A stretch of DNA of 64,000 nucleotides. It comes from Podarcis gaigeae (lineage: Eukaryota). This document shows positions 24,308 to 37,235 of the stretch, one piece after another. Numbering within the stretch: position 1 is the stretch's first letter; every line of letters starts with the position of its first letter. Position numbers and translations under genes: made by a program. The notes beneath the pieces are model-generated. The model was given only the letters and a program-made list of their open reading frames with translations, was not told where the DNA came from and searched no databases. The stretch lies in assembly GCA_964106915.2 (NCBI GenBank), contig OZ066921.1. One strand, given 5' to 3'.

Positions 24308-24309
<2 letters not shown>

Positions 24310-24362
<53 letters not shown>
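24310..24362. repeat. (CT)n microsatellite
   Basis: Direct read. Confidence 0.95.
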
Positions 24363-24366
<4 letters not shown>

Positions 24367-24627
24367 CTCTCTCTCTCTCCCCCCCCCCCCTATTCTTTCC
24401 AAGGAGATGTGGATTAAGACGGAAAAACCGCCGGCTGAGCTGGCAGCGCACGGGAGGGATTGGGCGCGGAGGGAAGGAGCAGGATCGCTATCTCCCGTGA
24501 TTATTTTATATGCATTATCCGGCCGTTTCTATTTATTAAAGAAAGAGGGGGGAAAAGAAATCAGAAAGTGAGAAGGGGACGGGAACGCGCCGTCTCGGCT
24601 TCGGAGCGCGAGTGAAATCTGGAACTC

Positions 24628-24645
24628 GAGCGCCCTCTGCAGGCA
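24628..24645 (-). promoter_or_regulatory. CTCF binding motif
   Basis: Reverse complement TGCCTGCAGAGGGCGCTC closely matches the CTCF core CC(A/G/T)(C/G)(C/T)AG(A/G)(G/T)GGC(A/G)C, in a CpG-rich patch 3' of IRX3. Confidence 0.65.
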
Positions 24646-25029
24646 GAAAGCCACTTGTCTAGTGCGCATTACCCTGCCGGGAGCCAACTAGCGTGTGTGT
24701 GCGTTTACTCGGAAGTAAGTTTCGCTGAAAGCAGTGGCCACTTACTCCCGGGAAAGTTCGCGCGGGAGTTCGGCTTTTTTCTTTTCTTTAGAGGAAGGCC
24801 CGCTTTGTTCGTTTTCCTTTCTTCTGACTTCCTTGCGCCCCCCCCCCGCCTTCTTTCACGGAAAATGTGGGTTTTCTATCAGGCTCCAGCATGCATTTCA
24901 AGTTAACCCTCTCCCTAAACGTTCCTGGGAACTCTAGTTTAATCGCCACGGAGCTACAATTCCCAGCACCCTTCACAAACCCTTTGCGTGGGTGCAGGTG
25001 CTTTAAAGATATGGTGTGCTTGCAGCCAA

Positions 25030-25200
25030 ACAAAACCGATATACCTTTAAAGCACATTTTCTCCTCTCAAAGAATTCTGGCCAATGTAGTTTGTCAAGCC
25101 CTGCTGGGAATTGTGACCCTGTGAAGGGTAAACTACAATGCCCTGGATTGTTTGAGAAAGCGAGTATGTTTCAAATGTGCTTTAAAGGTATCGTGCAAGC
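25030..25200. mobile_element. Short TIR element family (tttaaagcaca ... tgtgctttaaa); other copies ~25850-26015, 26630-26750, 30650-30830, 34395-34620, 62200-62375
   Basis: Inverted ends ATACCTTTAAAGCACATTT / AAATGTGCTTTAAAGGTAT; internal sequence recurs. Confidence 0.65.
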
Positions 25201-28200
25201 CTGGAGTCACATCAACATTCAGTTATTTTGGCATAAGCTCCAGTGAACTCATGGGGCTTACTACAGAGTAGACATGTGGCCTTTTGGTCTATTTCTGGAG
25301 TAGTGGTAGGGGGAATAATCTGGTTCAAGCTACCCCAACTAGGTGCCTTTGAGTTTTATTACTATTACTAGTATTTTTTCAAGCTACATCTCCCATCAAC
25401 CTCTAGCCATTGGTCATTGCTGGCTGGGGCTGATGGCAGCTGGAATTCAACATCTGGAAGGCACTGGGGTGCTATGGTTAGTACAATGCAGAGCAGGGGA
25501 ACATTTTTGGGCTTCTAGAGCGAGCTTGGTGAGCGATGGGAGAAGTCAGCAGCAACCTTGACCCGCCTGCAAAATAATCTATGACGCCCCAAGGACCTTA
25601 TTACCCGATGTTGTAGCTATTGATTACCTTTTTGGTTAACCCACCTCCAACCCCGGAAATGAAGCAGCAGGCTCCTGGGGGGCTGGACCGGTGGGGGTGG
25701 GGGAAGGGGAAGAGAAAAACAAAACCAGGAATTTAAAACCAAAACAAAAAAGATTGGAGGAGAGAATCATCTTCTTATGGCAAACGATAGGGTGGTTTTA
25801 AAAAGCACAAATGGTACTGCTTTGCAAAGAAACGATACCAGCAATATTCACCATGTGTTTAAAGAGCACAACTGCCCCTCCAAAAAAGAATCATGAGAAC
25901 TGTAGTTTGTGCAGGGTGCCGGGAGTTGTAGCTCTGTGAGGGGAAAAATTGCAGTCCCCAGGATTCCTTAGGCAAAGCCATGTGCTTTGGGTATGCTTTA
26001 AATGAGTGGCACAGATCTGCTTTTCTATTGCAGTCCCTGTGAACAATAGTGATGTATGGAAGACAAAGGCTGGGGCAGGGGCAACAACAACTACCCAAAT
26101 GTGGGATTCTTTCAGTGTCACTTGTGAGTGTGCATCCTATAATCCCTGGGCAAGAAGTGGTTTTTTGAAAGTTAATACATAGAGGGAAACCCTACTGAGA
26201 AAAAGCTTAAGGCCAAGGCTGCGCTGGTGTACACACTTGCTTGGAAGTTAGCCCCATTGAACTCGGTCGGGTAAATGTTTGAGTAAAAAGGCAGAGGCTC
26301 TCCAGCTGCCCACTTTGGAAAGGAAACAATGTTAAGGCAATAATTTTAGTCCTCCTTAGGTCTGGCGCGATCGGTTAGAAAATGCAAGGTTGGAACTTGT
26401 TGGGAAGGTTCCATTTGCCGAACACAATTGGCTAGGATGGAAAAACCTCACAGAATTTTCATTCATAAGAGCGTCTTTCCATTGCATCAATTTCACTAGT
26501 TTGCAGAAAGGCGTTTAGGGAAACAAATCTAATCTAGGGTATTACTTGTTACAGATACCCTTTAAAAACAAAACAAAATAGCAACTATTGAGCTGCTGTG
26601 CTGCATTATCCAAAGTTAACACCCCTTCCTTAGTTTGTTAAGTGTGATGGGCATTGTGGCTTTGTGAGGGGTAAGCTACAGTTCTCAGGAGTGTTTGAAG
26701 GGATGTGTGCTGTATATGTGCTTTAAATATACGTATGGTGTACACACGGCCTTGTAAGTATTTTATCAAATTTCTACCAAGGAAGTTGCAGCAGGACACA
26801 CAGGCAAAAAAGAGGGACCTCTCTCACAGCAAAACCCTATGCGTATTTACTCAGAAGTAAGTCTCAGCTGCATTCAGTGCAGCTTACTTCCAAGTAGGTG
26901 TTCATAGGATCGCAGCATGGAAAAGCTACTCTCCTGTCATTTCTTCTACGGTATTTCTTTCCCTCCACCCTTTTTCAGAGAAAAAGCCTCCTAGAAAATA
27001 TGGAAGGGGAAGAAAAATATAGAAAACACCCCTTCCAAGTTTCATTGTAAGTGGAAAAACCCACAAAGTTTTGCATGTGGATCTTTGCATGAGGCAGAGA
27101 AGAAATGAAAAGCAAGGAGGTGGCAAAGCAGCTCCATTTCCTTAGCAAAGTGTTGAAAATTGGCCAGCTTTGCAAGAGGTCAAGCGGCTTAGAGTCACTT
27201 CAGTTTTACCTGCCGGTTTGAGGAGGAAAGGGAGCATTTTTTTCCCTCAGCCTGAAAGAAGCATGGGTTTATAAAAGGTGGGGGATTAAAGCAGACCTGC
27301 CTTTGCCCATTAGGAAAATTAAAATTAAATTAAAACACACACTTTCCCCGTAACTTTTGACTCCTTCTAGCTTCAGAATTCAGGAAGCTTAGCACAATCA
27401 AACCACAGCCATCCCATCTCCCCTTTTGCTGTGGGTCCCTTCCCCCCACCCTCCTTTCTTTGGCAGTTAACTTCAAAAACGGCACAATTATGGGATATTA
27501 AAACTAACTACAAGTCAGGCCTGTTATGAGGTTGGTGCAGGGCCCTCTCGGATCTAACAAAGCAGCTTTCGGTGTGAACAAAAGGTTGCCAGATTATTAT
27601 TATTATTATTTTAAAAAATCAGTTTAAATGAACACATAAAAAGCTAGTAGTTGTGTTAGTCAGCAGAGCGAAAGGAGATCAAGGAACAGAAATAATAATC
27701 TCTTTTACAGGTTAACCAATTGTTGCAAGCTTTGAAAGGCAGGTAACTTTCACCAGCGTAGGGATAGTCAGTCTGTTCATGCAGGCAAGCGTGTAGAAGA
27801 TTACAAAGTGGGGTTTGCGTTGTGCAATGAGGCTGACATCCAGGAGTTTGCTTTGGAGTAAGCGTGCACACAGGATTGCATTGTAAGACGGACAGGGTGT
27901 GTGTTTGCTAAACTATCTTTACAGCAGGACTCTTGTCATTTTATTTTAGGGTAGGTTGCTGGTGTGTGTGCTAACCTGTGCCTCTTCAGAGGTTGTTCAA
28001 CTCCCATCATTCCTGACCATTGATCATGCCAGCTGGGGCTGATGGGAGTTGTAGTTTAACAACGTCTGGAGGACCAATGGTTTGCCCTCCTGATTTAGGG
28101 TCAATTCACATTCAAGGCAAAAGCTGTGTGCACATTTACCATTTATTCTGGCCCCAGTGTGCTCCCACCAGAGGTATGTGAAGCTAAGTACACATGACAT

Positions 28201-30019
28201 TAGCCACAACCCATCTATAACTTGTAGTTTCTTGAGAAATACCACTTGTTGATGTGTTTACCCTCAAAACGGCTCGCATCCAGTTTGAAAATGTAAGCTG
28301 TGGCTAAGCTGAGATGTGCACATTCCAGACATCCGTTGCACATGCGCAGATGACGATGCATGCACAGAAGAGTACAGGAGGTTGCATGAGCAGAGAAACA
28401 AATCAAGTGATCTGTTAATGGTGGCCACAGCAAGGTAAAGCGTGATTATTGAAACACAGCAGGGGGAAATGACCTCGCTGGGTTTTAAGCTGTTCATATG
28501 TACATGCCCTAAAATGGAGCCGTGCATTGCCAAGAATGTGGAGCTATCAGTGGGAATGACAACTCTATGTGGAATCCCCTCCTTCCATAATAAATAGTAA
28601 AACTTCACGTTGAGGGCTTCCCCATTTTAATATACGTGTTAGTTTATATATTATAAGTCACTTTGAGTTATCTTGGTAAAAAATGACTAATAAATTTAAT
28701 TAATTAATTAAGTAAGTAAGTAATAGTGACATTGAGACTTAGGTTTATGCTGGGGTGTTTTAACTACACCTTGCAGAAAAACTCAATATGCAGATGCCAT
28801 TTTCAGCAACAGGCCCATTCTCCTTGTAATACAGGCAACTCCTCATTTGTGCACGACCGGTGATGCACACGCTGTTTCTTGGCACTGCAAGGGGGTGCGG
28901 CAGGAGTGGAGCAGGGCAGGTTACATGCGTCCCACTGGCATGTGTGGTGACATAGAACCTCCCCCTCCCACATAAATGGGGAGTTGCCTGTAAATTGCTC
29001 CACAACCCCTCAAATTGCTATTGAGCCTCTTTGATACTATGTGAATGCATGTGTGACTATTATTGATGCAGGATAGAAAGTCTGCAGCGTGTGCCCATTG
29101 TTAAACGGAATGTGCTTCCCAGGCTCTATGGGAACCTGTGGCCCTGCAGATGCTGGCGGACTCCCACCAGGCCCAGCAAGCACGGCCAAGGACAATGGGA
29201 GTTGTAGTTCAGCAACACATGGAGGGCCAGAGGTTCCCCAAACCTGCTCTATGGGTTTTACATTAGCATTTTAGACATGGGAAATGCAACAGACGAAAAG
29301 CTTTTCTCGTTTTGTGCAAAATCTCTCTAAGAAGGCATTTTAGGCTGGGTTATGCCCCTTGCAAATCTTGTTTGTGAGGGGCAAAACAGAGCCATTTCCC
29401 AATCAATTGTACATCCTCAGTTTCTTATGTTTGAATTGCAGACCTAAGTATGCCAATATTAGCATGTGTGTGTGTGGGAACTCATTCTTTCTCTCCCTCC
29501 CCGACCACCACTCCATTGCCCTATGCCAATTTGGAAATTCAGTTGGGTTGCTGAATTTCAGTCAGACTGCATCCTCAAAGTAACCTGGGAAATGTAGTTT
29601 TGTGACTGGAAAGGATTTCTAGAAAGGACATATCTGCACTGCGAATTAAGACACCACCTTTTCAGAGACGTGGGAGGGTGGAAGGATCACGGAAGGACTT
29701 AGGGGATAGGGGGAATATAGGAAGCTGCCCTATACCAAATCAGACTGATGGTCAATATTGTCTATACTGATTGGCAGAGGCTCTGCAGAGTTTCTGATAG
29801 GATTCTCTCCCAGAGCTATCTGGAGATGCCAGGATGTGAACCTGGGATCTTAGGCATGCTCTGCCACTGACCTCTGGCCTTTTCCTATGAGGGGAGAAGG
29901 ACAAGGAATGAGTGAGAAAGATGGGTGCTTCAGGACTCTGTGGAGGTACAGGCGGCATCATGGGCAGAAGTTATTTTTGCCAACTTTGGCTACTTCACCA
30001 ACAATAGGGTTATTGGAAG

Positions 30020-30475
30020 AAGGCAGATCTTGCCTCAGTTAATAACATGTTTTGGTTACATCCAGGTTAGATTACTACAATGCACTCTACAGCGGCTGCC
30101 CTTGAAGATTATATGGAAAGGTCAGTTAGTGCAGAACTGGGCAGCTAGAACACTTGTAGGGACTAGACATTATGGCTAATCCATGCTAGTTACATTGGCT
30201 GCCTATTTGTTTCCAGACACAGCTGAAGGTGCTTTGTTATTGACCTTTAAAACTCTATTAGTTAGGGGCCAGGCTATTCCTGCACTCATATGAGCCTGCC
30301 CTGGCCTTAAGATCATCATCTGAGGCCTTGCTCTGGTGAGAGTTTTCAGGCTGGCAAGTATCAGAGACATTTGTAGTGGCTTCACACCTCTGGAATACCC
30401 TCCTTGAGGAGGTCCATACAGCCCTCTCTTCACTGACTTTGTAGATCCTTAAACCCCTTCTTATGCCAGTCTGCA
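30020..30475 (+). mobile_element. L2 LINE 3' fragment (other L2-like remnants ~805-930, 8030-8130, 36480-36760, 52170-52400, 59480-59830)
   Basis: Degenerate LVTSRLDYxNALY / LPLK / QLVQNWAARTL / HWLP motifs of the L2 ORF2 C-terminus. Confidence 0.7.
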
Positions 30476-31056
30476 TATAATTTTATGTAGATCTGTTTTA
30501 GCATATCTTTATTTTCATTGTGCTTAATGCTGGTGTTTTATTCAATTACAAATTATTTTCAAAACATGAGGATTTTGTTGTACTGTTGTGTATATATGAC
30601 ATCACCTTGTGAGGCTATATAACTTGAAAGGTGGGATAAGCATCTCTGAGGCCCCATCTGCACTATACATTGAAAGTAGTATCATACCACTTTCAACTGC
30701 CATGGCTTCCCTAAAATAATCCTGGAAACCGTTGCTTGTTAAGGGTGCTGAGAGTTGTTAGATGAGAGTCTTATTCCCCTCAAAGAGCTATAGTTCTCAG
30801 CGTAGCTTAACAATCAACCCCTCTTCGCAGGGCCTTGGTGGGTCCTCAAAGTTCCTGGTCTTGCCCTGACCTCCATGTTTCTGTCATAACTTCTGAATAG
30901 AATCTACATGTGTACACACTGTACATTTCCACAGTTTACTGACTCTGCAACACAGATCCACTTTGAACATGTGTAGACTCTGTTATGATGAGCACATAAG
31001 AACATAGGAAGCTACCAGTCAGACCACTGGGTCATCTAGTTCAGTGTGGTCTACAC

Positions 31057-31210
31057 CAGGTGCCTCCAACCTTTTCAGACCCAATCAATTGAATGTGGGG
31101 ACCTATTTCTTAACCACATATTTGAATGGTGTTGATGCTCCTGTTGTGACCCACCTTGCATCAGGCCATGACCCAATAGTGGGTCATGACCCACTAGCTG
31201 AAGACCAGCA
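31057..31210. mobile_element. hAT-Charlie-like MITE nested in a tRNA-Ala SINE
   Basis: Perfect 8-bp TSD GTCTACAC (31049-31056, 31211-31218); host SINE resumes on both sides; TIRs degenerate. Confidence 0.8.
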
Positions 31211-33778
31211 GTCTACACTGACTGGTAGTGACTCTCTGGGATTTGGGGCAAGGAGTCTTTCCCCAGCCCTATCTGGAAACACCAGGATTAATCTGTAGCC
31301 TTCTGCATCCAAAGCACCGGGTGCAATCCTGATCCCTGCCCCCTGTGTGCGTGCATGTGCGTGCACACTCAGGTATTACAAATATGCTGTCCATGCACAT
31401 ACTTTTCTCTGGAGAGAAGCAAAATACAGACTAAAGTTAAATTCAGGCTAAAAACACAGAGGTGCCTTTTCTTGCTGTATAATTCTTAGGGCAGCTTTCA
31501 ACAACCTGGCCCCTTCCAGATGTCTTGGACTATAGCTCCCATCATTCCCCAGTCAGCATGGCCAAAGGTCAAGGATGATGGGATTTGGAGTCCAACAGCA
31601 TCTGCTTGGGGAAGGCTGTCTTATGAGAATCACAGACAAGCTTCACCAGAAGAGCTGCGGTAGATTTTATTACCACTATCCTTCCTACGCAGGGACGCCA
31701 CTGCATCTCCTGCAGAACCGATAAAGCTGCCGGGTGCTAAGAGTTAACACCAAGTTAAAAGTACCAACACACAGGAGCATCCAGGGTGACATGCTTCAAG
31801 TTGAGACAGTACAAGTTATGCAAATGCAAAAGGGGTGTGCGGTATTGACATTTTGAGGTCACAGTGATAGGAATGTATTATTTATAGGCCTGGGTTGCAG
31901 GAGGCCGATAAACTACATTTGAAATCCTCGAGGTTTGTAAAGCTAGAAGAAGAGTCTCTTCCCCCCGCTTTTCCTTTTTAAAGATGCACATTAGCAGGTA
32001 TGAGGTTACCTACCTAGAAATTCTCTATTTAGACAGCCTTTTCTGTAAGATGGCTGGTCCTGTACAATAAAGGAAGTGATGTAGAAATAAAAGTTTATAT
32101 ATATATAAAAAGAGGAAAATAATTTTCAGGATGCTTGCTTTATCTCTTGCATTTATTTATTTATTTATTATTATTTATTTAAATAAATAAATAAAACAGA
32201 AGACGCCTTTAAAGAGAGGGCTGTCCTTTGTGAAACAGGACACCCAGCTGCATGGGGAAGGTCAAACTTTTGCTTAACTTAGGGATCACTGATGAAGCAC
32301 CGGTGACCTTGCCAGTCTGCTCAGTGGCAGCCACAAACAGCATCAGTAAACACCCCCTTCAATAATCAACACTGCACAAGAGACTTTTGGATCTCTTTTT
32401 TGCCGAATTCCTGTGTGCAGCGGCTTGGCCACTCCTGTGCTGAGCACGCTCCCATGCTCCCTTTTTGTTGGATGCTGGGATTAGACACCCACCTTCCCTC
32501 CTGTTCTGAGCAGAGGAGAGGTGCAAAGAGCTTCTCTATGTAAGTGAGCTCTGTAGTTGGGAATGTAGGTTACTTTTGATCGGGGGCAGGCAGGCATGCT
32601 TCCACCAATTTGTGGTCCTGTTTCTTTTTCTGCTCTTTCAGATGTGACACCCCTTTTGTGCTTTGCCATGCCCCAAAGGAAGACATTTTGTGTCATGCCA
32701 CATATCCATGGCAGCCATTTTGTGATGGGCACCCAGGGTACGTTCTGTGGGGTTGATGTGCCACTGGCTCCCTTGCATCACCTGACAGACTAACAAATCA
32801 GAAGCCTGGGCATAGCACTACAGCCTCCAGATGTGTTGTGTCTGCAATACCACCTCCTCACCACTTGCCTTGGCAGTGCCCAAGAGCAGTAGATAATTTT
32901 CAGCATAGCAATGGCTCCCTCTCCTGGCAACCTACCTTGGTGACAAGGAACTTTAGCTGGCACTGCCCGTGGTTTATCTCCAAGTGGCTGTGTAAATTAG
33001 CCCTCGTGATTTATGCCTGCGTTTTCATTGTGAGGCTCACCCTTTAAATCTTTCTCCTTCAGATGATCGCTGGTTTGCCAAAGCTCTGGCTAGCCAGAGA
33101 AAGCTTTTAGCCTAGCCCACCTGCCCCCCCCCTTCGCTTCTTGGCTGCTCTTTCCCTGTCTAATCAATTATCTTCCTAGCTAGTCCTTCTCAAAGGTGAG
33201 AGCTCATTATGCATATTCATAAATCACAGTGCCCAGACCTGACACTGATTGATGTAATCATCTCTCTTCCTCCACAAGGGCTAGGATAGGGAAGGAAAGG
33301 GAGCAGGGCTGTTGGGTGGGGGGCGCAGGAGATGGCAAGCGATTGAGACTTGCAAATTGTCAAACCGGGGTTCTCTCAAACTTCAGCCAGCTCTCTTTCT
33401 TGCTTCCTATTGACTGCAGAGCAAGGGACCCAGCACAAGCATCTTGAAAAGGCAAATGAAGAAATGCCAGCCAGTTGCCTTCAGCCATTTGTTTTACTTA
33501 GAATATCTGCAGGCTGCTTTTCATCAGTGCTCTCTGAGCAACTTACAATAAATAGAATGAAACCACAACTGGAATATGGTGCATCCTTAAGAACAGGAGT
33601 GGGGAACCTTAGAACTGGGGGCCAACTGGTCCAACTGGGGGCCAACTGGTCCTTGGGACTCTTCCCAGAAAACAGCTCTCATTGGCTTTGTGTCTCACCC
33701 TCCTTGAGTGTTTCTGTCTGGGTGAAATGTGTCCTTGGATGCTCATAATGCCTTTTGCTTGTCTGAAGGGGGGGTCAG

Positions 33779-33781
<3 letters not shown>

Positions 33782-33823
<42 letters not shown>
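33782..33823. repeat. (GT)n microsatellite
   Basis: Direct read. Confidence 0.95.
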
Positions 33824-33826
<3 letters not shown>

Positions 33827-36800
33827 AACTAGGTTACTGCACAGAGGTAAATTTTACATTAATTGTTCCACCCACATTTATCTCTGGCTCCGCCCACCAC
33901 TGACCTGTGCCCCTTGGAAGGTTGTCCAGAAGGGAATGCATGCCTAGCACTCAGAGAATGTGCTTGTGGTTAGCATGCAGATTGCCACCATAAAAGGCTA
34001 TCAAGAACTGCTAGCCATGATGGCTATGCTCTGCCTCCTTGGTCAAAGGCAGCAATACTTCTGAATAACACTTGCTGGGAAGCATAGGATGGGAGAGAGG
34101 GTTCTTGTGCTCAGGTCCTGTGAGCAGGTTTCCCATAGGCATCTGGTTGGTCACTGTGAGACCAGGATGCTGGACTAGATGGGCCGCTGCCCTGATACAG
34201 CACGAAGGGTGGGCTATAAATAATATCATTATCATTATTATAATCTTCTTATGTTCTTAAAACCTTCTGAAGAAGTTTAAGACTTGGGCGAACACACGTT
34301 TCCTCTTGGTGCTGAAAAGAAAACCAGTATGGCCTTAGGTGCACCTCTTGGGGGAAGGGTGACATGTTTTCTTCTGGCCACCAGAAGCCTGCCAAGTCAT
34401 GGCTTTTCTTGTAGAATCCTGGAAACTGTAGTGTGCTGGGAGTAGGAAACCCCTCCCCTCCCACAGAGCTACAATTCCCCAACATTCAATCTGTATTCCC
34501 AGGGAAGTCAAGGACCTGCAGCTCTGTGGAGTCTCCTAACAACTCTCAGCATTCTTAACAAAGAAGCCATGACTATTAAAGAGACGTGAGGCTGCTGTAA
34601 ATGTATGGTGCAGATGTGGCTTTCATCTGTTTCAGTGTTTTGTGTATCTATTAAGGGAGAAAGCGACCCTCCCAAAGAAATGCTAAATCGAAGAAGAGAA
34701 AATGCTCAAGAGCCAGCCTGCTAATAAAAAAAGAAGAAGCTGAAACTTATTTTACCAACTGCCTTGCTGTTTTGGATGCTATATGTTGAGATGGGGATAG
34801 AAACAAGCTTTCCACAAGGTTTGTTTCACAGCTGAAAAGCCCACTCTTCCCTGACACTGCTTCATAAGATTACACTGCATTCAGGCTCTGCAGTTACGGT
34901 GCTGGGCTCAGACTCACAACAGCAAGAACCATATTGTGTTGATTCAGACCTGGGCAGTCAACAAGTTGTCCTCCCTATATAATTGGACACCAGCTCCCAT
35001 CAGTCCAAGTCTATGTTGCCAAAAATCAGAGATTATGGACCAGCGGGGGGCCAGGTGTGGCATGGGAAGCTTCCTGAGGGTCCGAAGAGGCTTGGAGGAT
35101 AGCATTTACCCCCTCGCTGGACTTCACTTTCTCATTTCTGGTACAGACAAAGCTATGCTAGATGGACCTATGTCCTTAAAGCATTAGGTCTGGTCATAAT
35201 GCTATTATTCCAAAACAGATCCATTTACTTTCATGCATGACTCTGGAGGAGAGGGTTTGCATTCAGGTTCTTCAAGAGATGTGCAGGTTAAAGGACTAAA
35301 CGTCACTGAAGTTAGTGCCACTTACTTCTGGGTAGACATGAATAGGACTGAACTATATTATAGACTCCCTGCTCACCATATAAACATTTAAGCTAGCAGT
35401 TCGTTTCACATTGGTGGTATTATTTGTGTTCTCAAGATTATGTTTGAGCATAACCATGTTCAAACTTCAATTTCCATGTTGAAATGTTCTATTGCCCCTC
35501 CAAAGGTTTGGGGCTTCTTCCTCTTCTTTGTTCTGAAAAAGAAAAGAAAAAAGAAACATGATTCTGATCAGGATTGTAAGAGATGTTACCAACGACCAAT
35601 AATAAATTCAATAAAAGATATGTGCACCTCAAACCATGCCAGGGATATTACCAAAGAAAGTAACCGCTAATCAAGTGATTTTGAATGCCTTATCTCCCCT
35701 GTTAACAAACAGCTATAAGAAAATTAAGGCTTATAGCCTGATTGCTTTTTAATCTAAGAAAAACCAATAAAGATATCAAAGGTTCTTTATACTGAACGCT
35801 CTGAATGCAAAGCAGACTAACAAGGGCCTTGCTCTGCTTTAAGTAAGACTCCCCCCCCCTTAAACTGCACAGATGTTAACCCTTACCTTTAAACAAAAAT
35901 CCTCCAAACGTCACATTCCATAGCACAGCTGAGGAGAAATATTTAATTTTTATGGACAAAGGCCTTTGGAGAATACTGCCAGGACAAAACCTCCCTTTAT
36001 GAAATGCCAAACAGGCAACGGCGCCCACAATGGCTGCTTGCTAACGACGTATGTCCAACAGGCCTCTTTAACTATTCAGCAAATGAAGGATATTAAACAA
36101 CATTTTGCTTTAAGGTATGCTGAGGCCATCCCCATTAGGACACGGTGCCATTCATTTATCCACATGTTAAGTGAATGTCCTTGTGGCTAATGAGCAATAA
36201 TCAACAGTGACTCCACTTCATTCCTTCGCTCGCAGCAATGTTAAATACTCTGATGGAGCCTCTTTGCTGACACACACACACTAGAGAATATGGTTAAAGA
36301 AGTGCTAAAGGACATTCTTAGCAGCGAGGAGAGGAGGGAGGAGGAGTGGCCACACATCAGCAGACACAGGGAGAGATATTCCTTTATTACATAGCCTACT
36401 TTTCTTAGGTCCAGCACTTAGAGGCATAACTGCGCAGCTCCTTTTACGCCTTTCACTATTTTCGTTCTTTATTAAGCTTATTCATTGCCTTTTTGGCCCA
36501 TGCGACCCAAAGCAGCTTACAGCAATAAATAAATAACGCCATCATAAAGCAAAGCGAAGAGAAATCTAAAATGCATTCATATTTTTAAAAGACAGGATAA
36601 TTAAAACCAGGATAACTGAAAGCCAGAGGAAAATAAATGTTTTTGCCTGGTGCCTAAAGATATGTAATGATGGCATCAGCTGAGCCTCCCTGGAGGGAAC
36701 GTTCCACAATTGGGGGGCCACCACTGAAAAGGCCTGTTCTCATGTTGCCACTGATTGCAGGGTCACTATCCAGGTTCCACAGCATCTGTAAGGCTGTTGG

Positions 36801-36899
36801 ATTGTTGCTGTTAACAGAGAGTCACCCGTCAGCTTAATAACTTGGGAGGAAAGCTCAAAATGGTAAGTAGGATACTGGACATGCCATTTAATATAGAGA

Positions 36900-37235
36900 C
36901 AAGGGATGGGGGAGAAATTTGATTCCATTCACACTTAATGCCGAATCTCACAAATTTGCATTTTCCAAAACAATTTGAGCACCGAAACAACACAGCCATC
37001 CTTCAGAATTTGAACCCATCTGAATTTTGTGATGCAGTTCTCCAACCAAACAGTGCTTAGAAAAATGCATATATTAGGGTGTATAAAACTGAACATACTA
37101 ATAAACAAGCACACACAAATGCATTATACTAGGAGGAATGCTGCAGATAAAAATGTGTTTAATCAGGGAAAAAAATGCACTGAAATGCTGGAGAGTTTTC
37201 TCAGGGGCTTAAGAAAATTGCAAACTGGTGTGGAA
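36900..37235 (+). mobile_element. Unclassified AT-rich interspersed repeat family (other copies ~40330-40520, 42880-43230, 46100-46440, 52790-53345)
   Basis: Recurring motifs acagccatccttc.gaattt, aaaatgcatatattagg and aaactgaa seen in both orientations across the window. Confidence 0.6.

Larger units (their letters stand above)
23770..24900. promoter_or_regulatory. CpG-rich island downstream of IRX3
   Basis: High density of CG dinucleotides relative to the flanking desert; no credible coding ORF. Confidence 0.55.
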
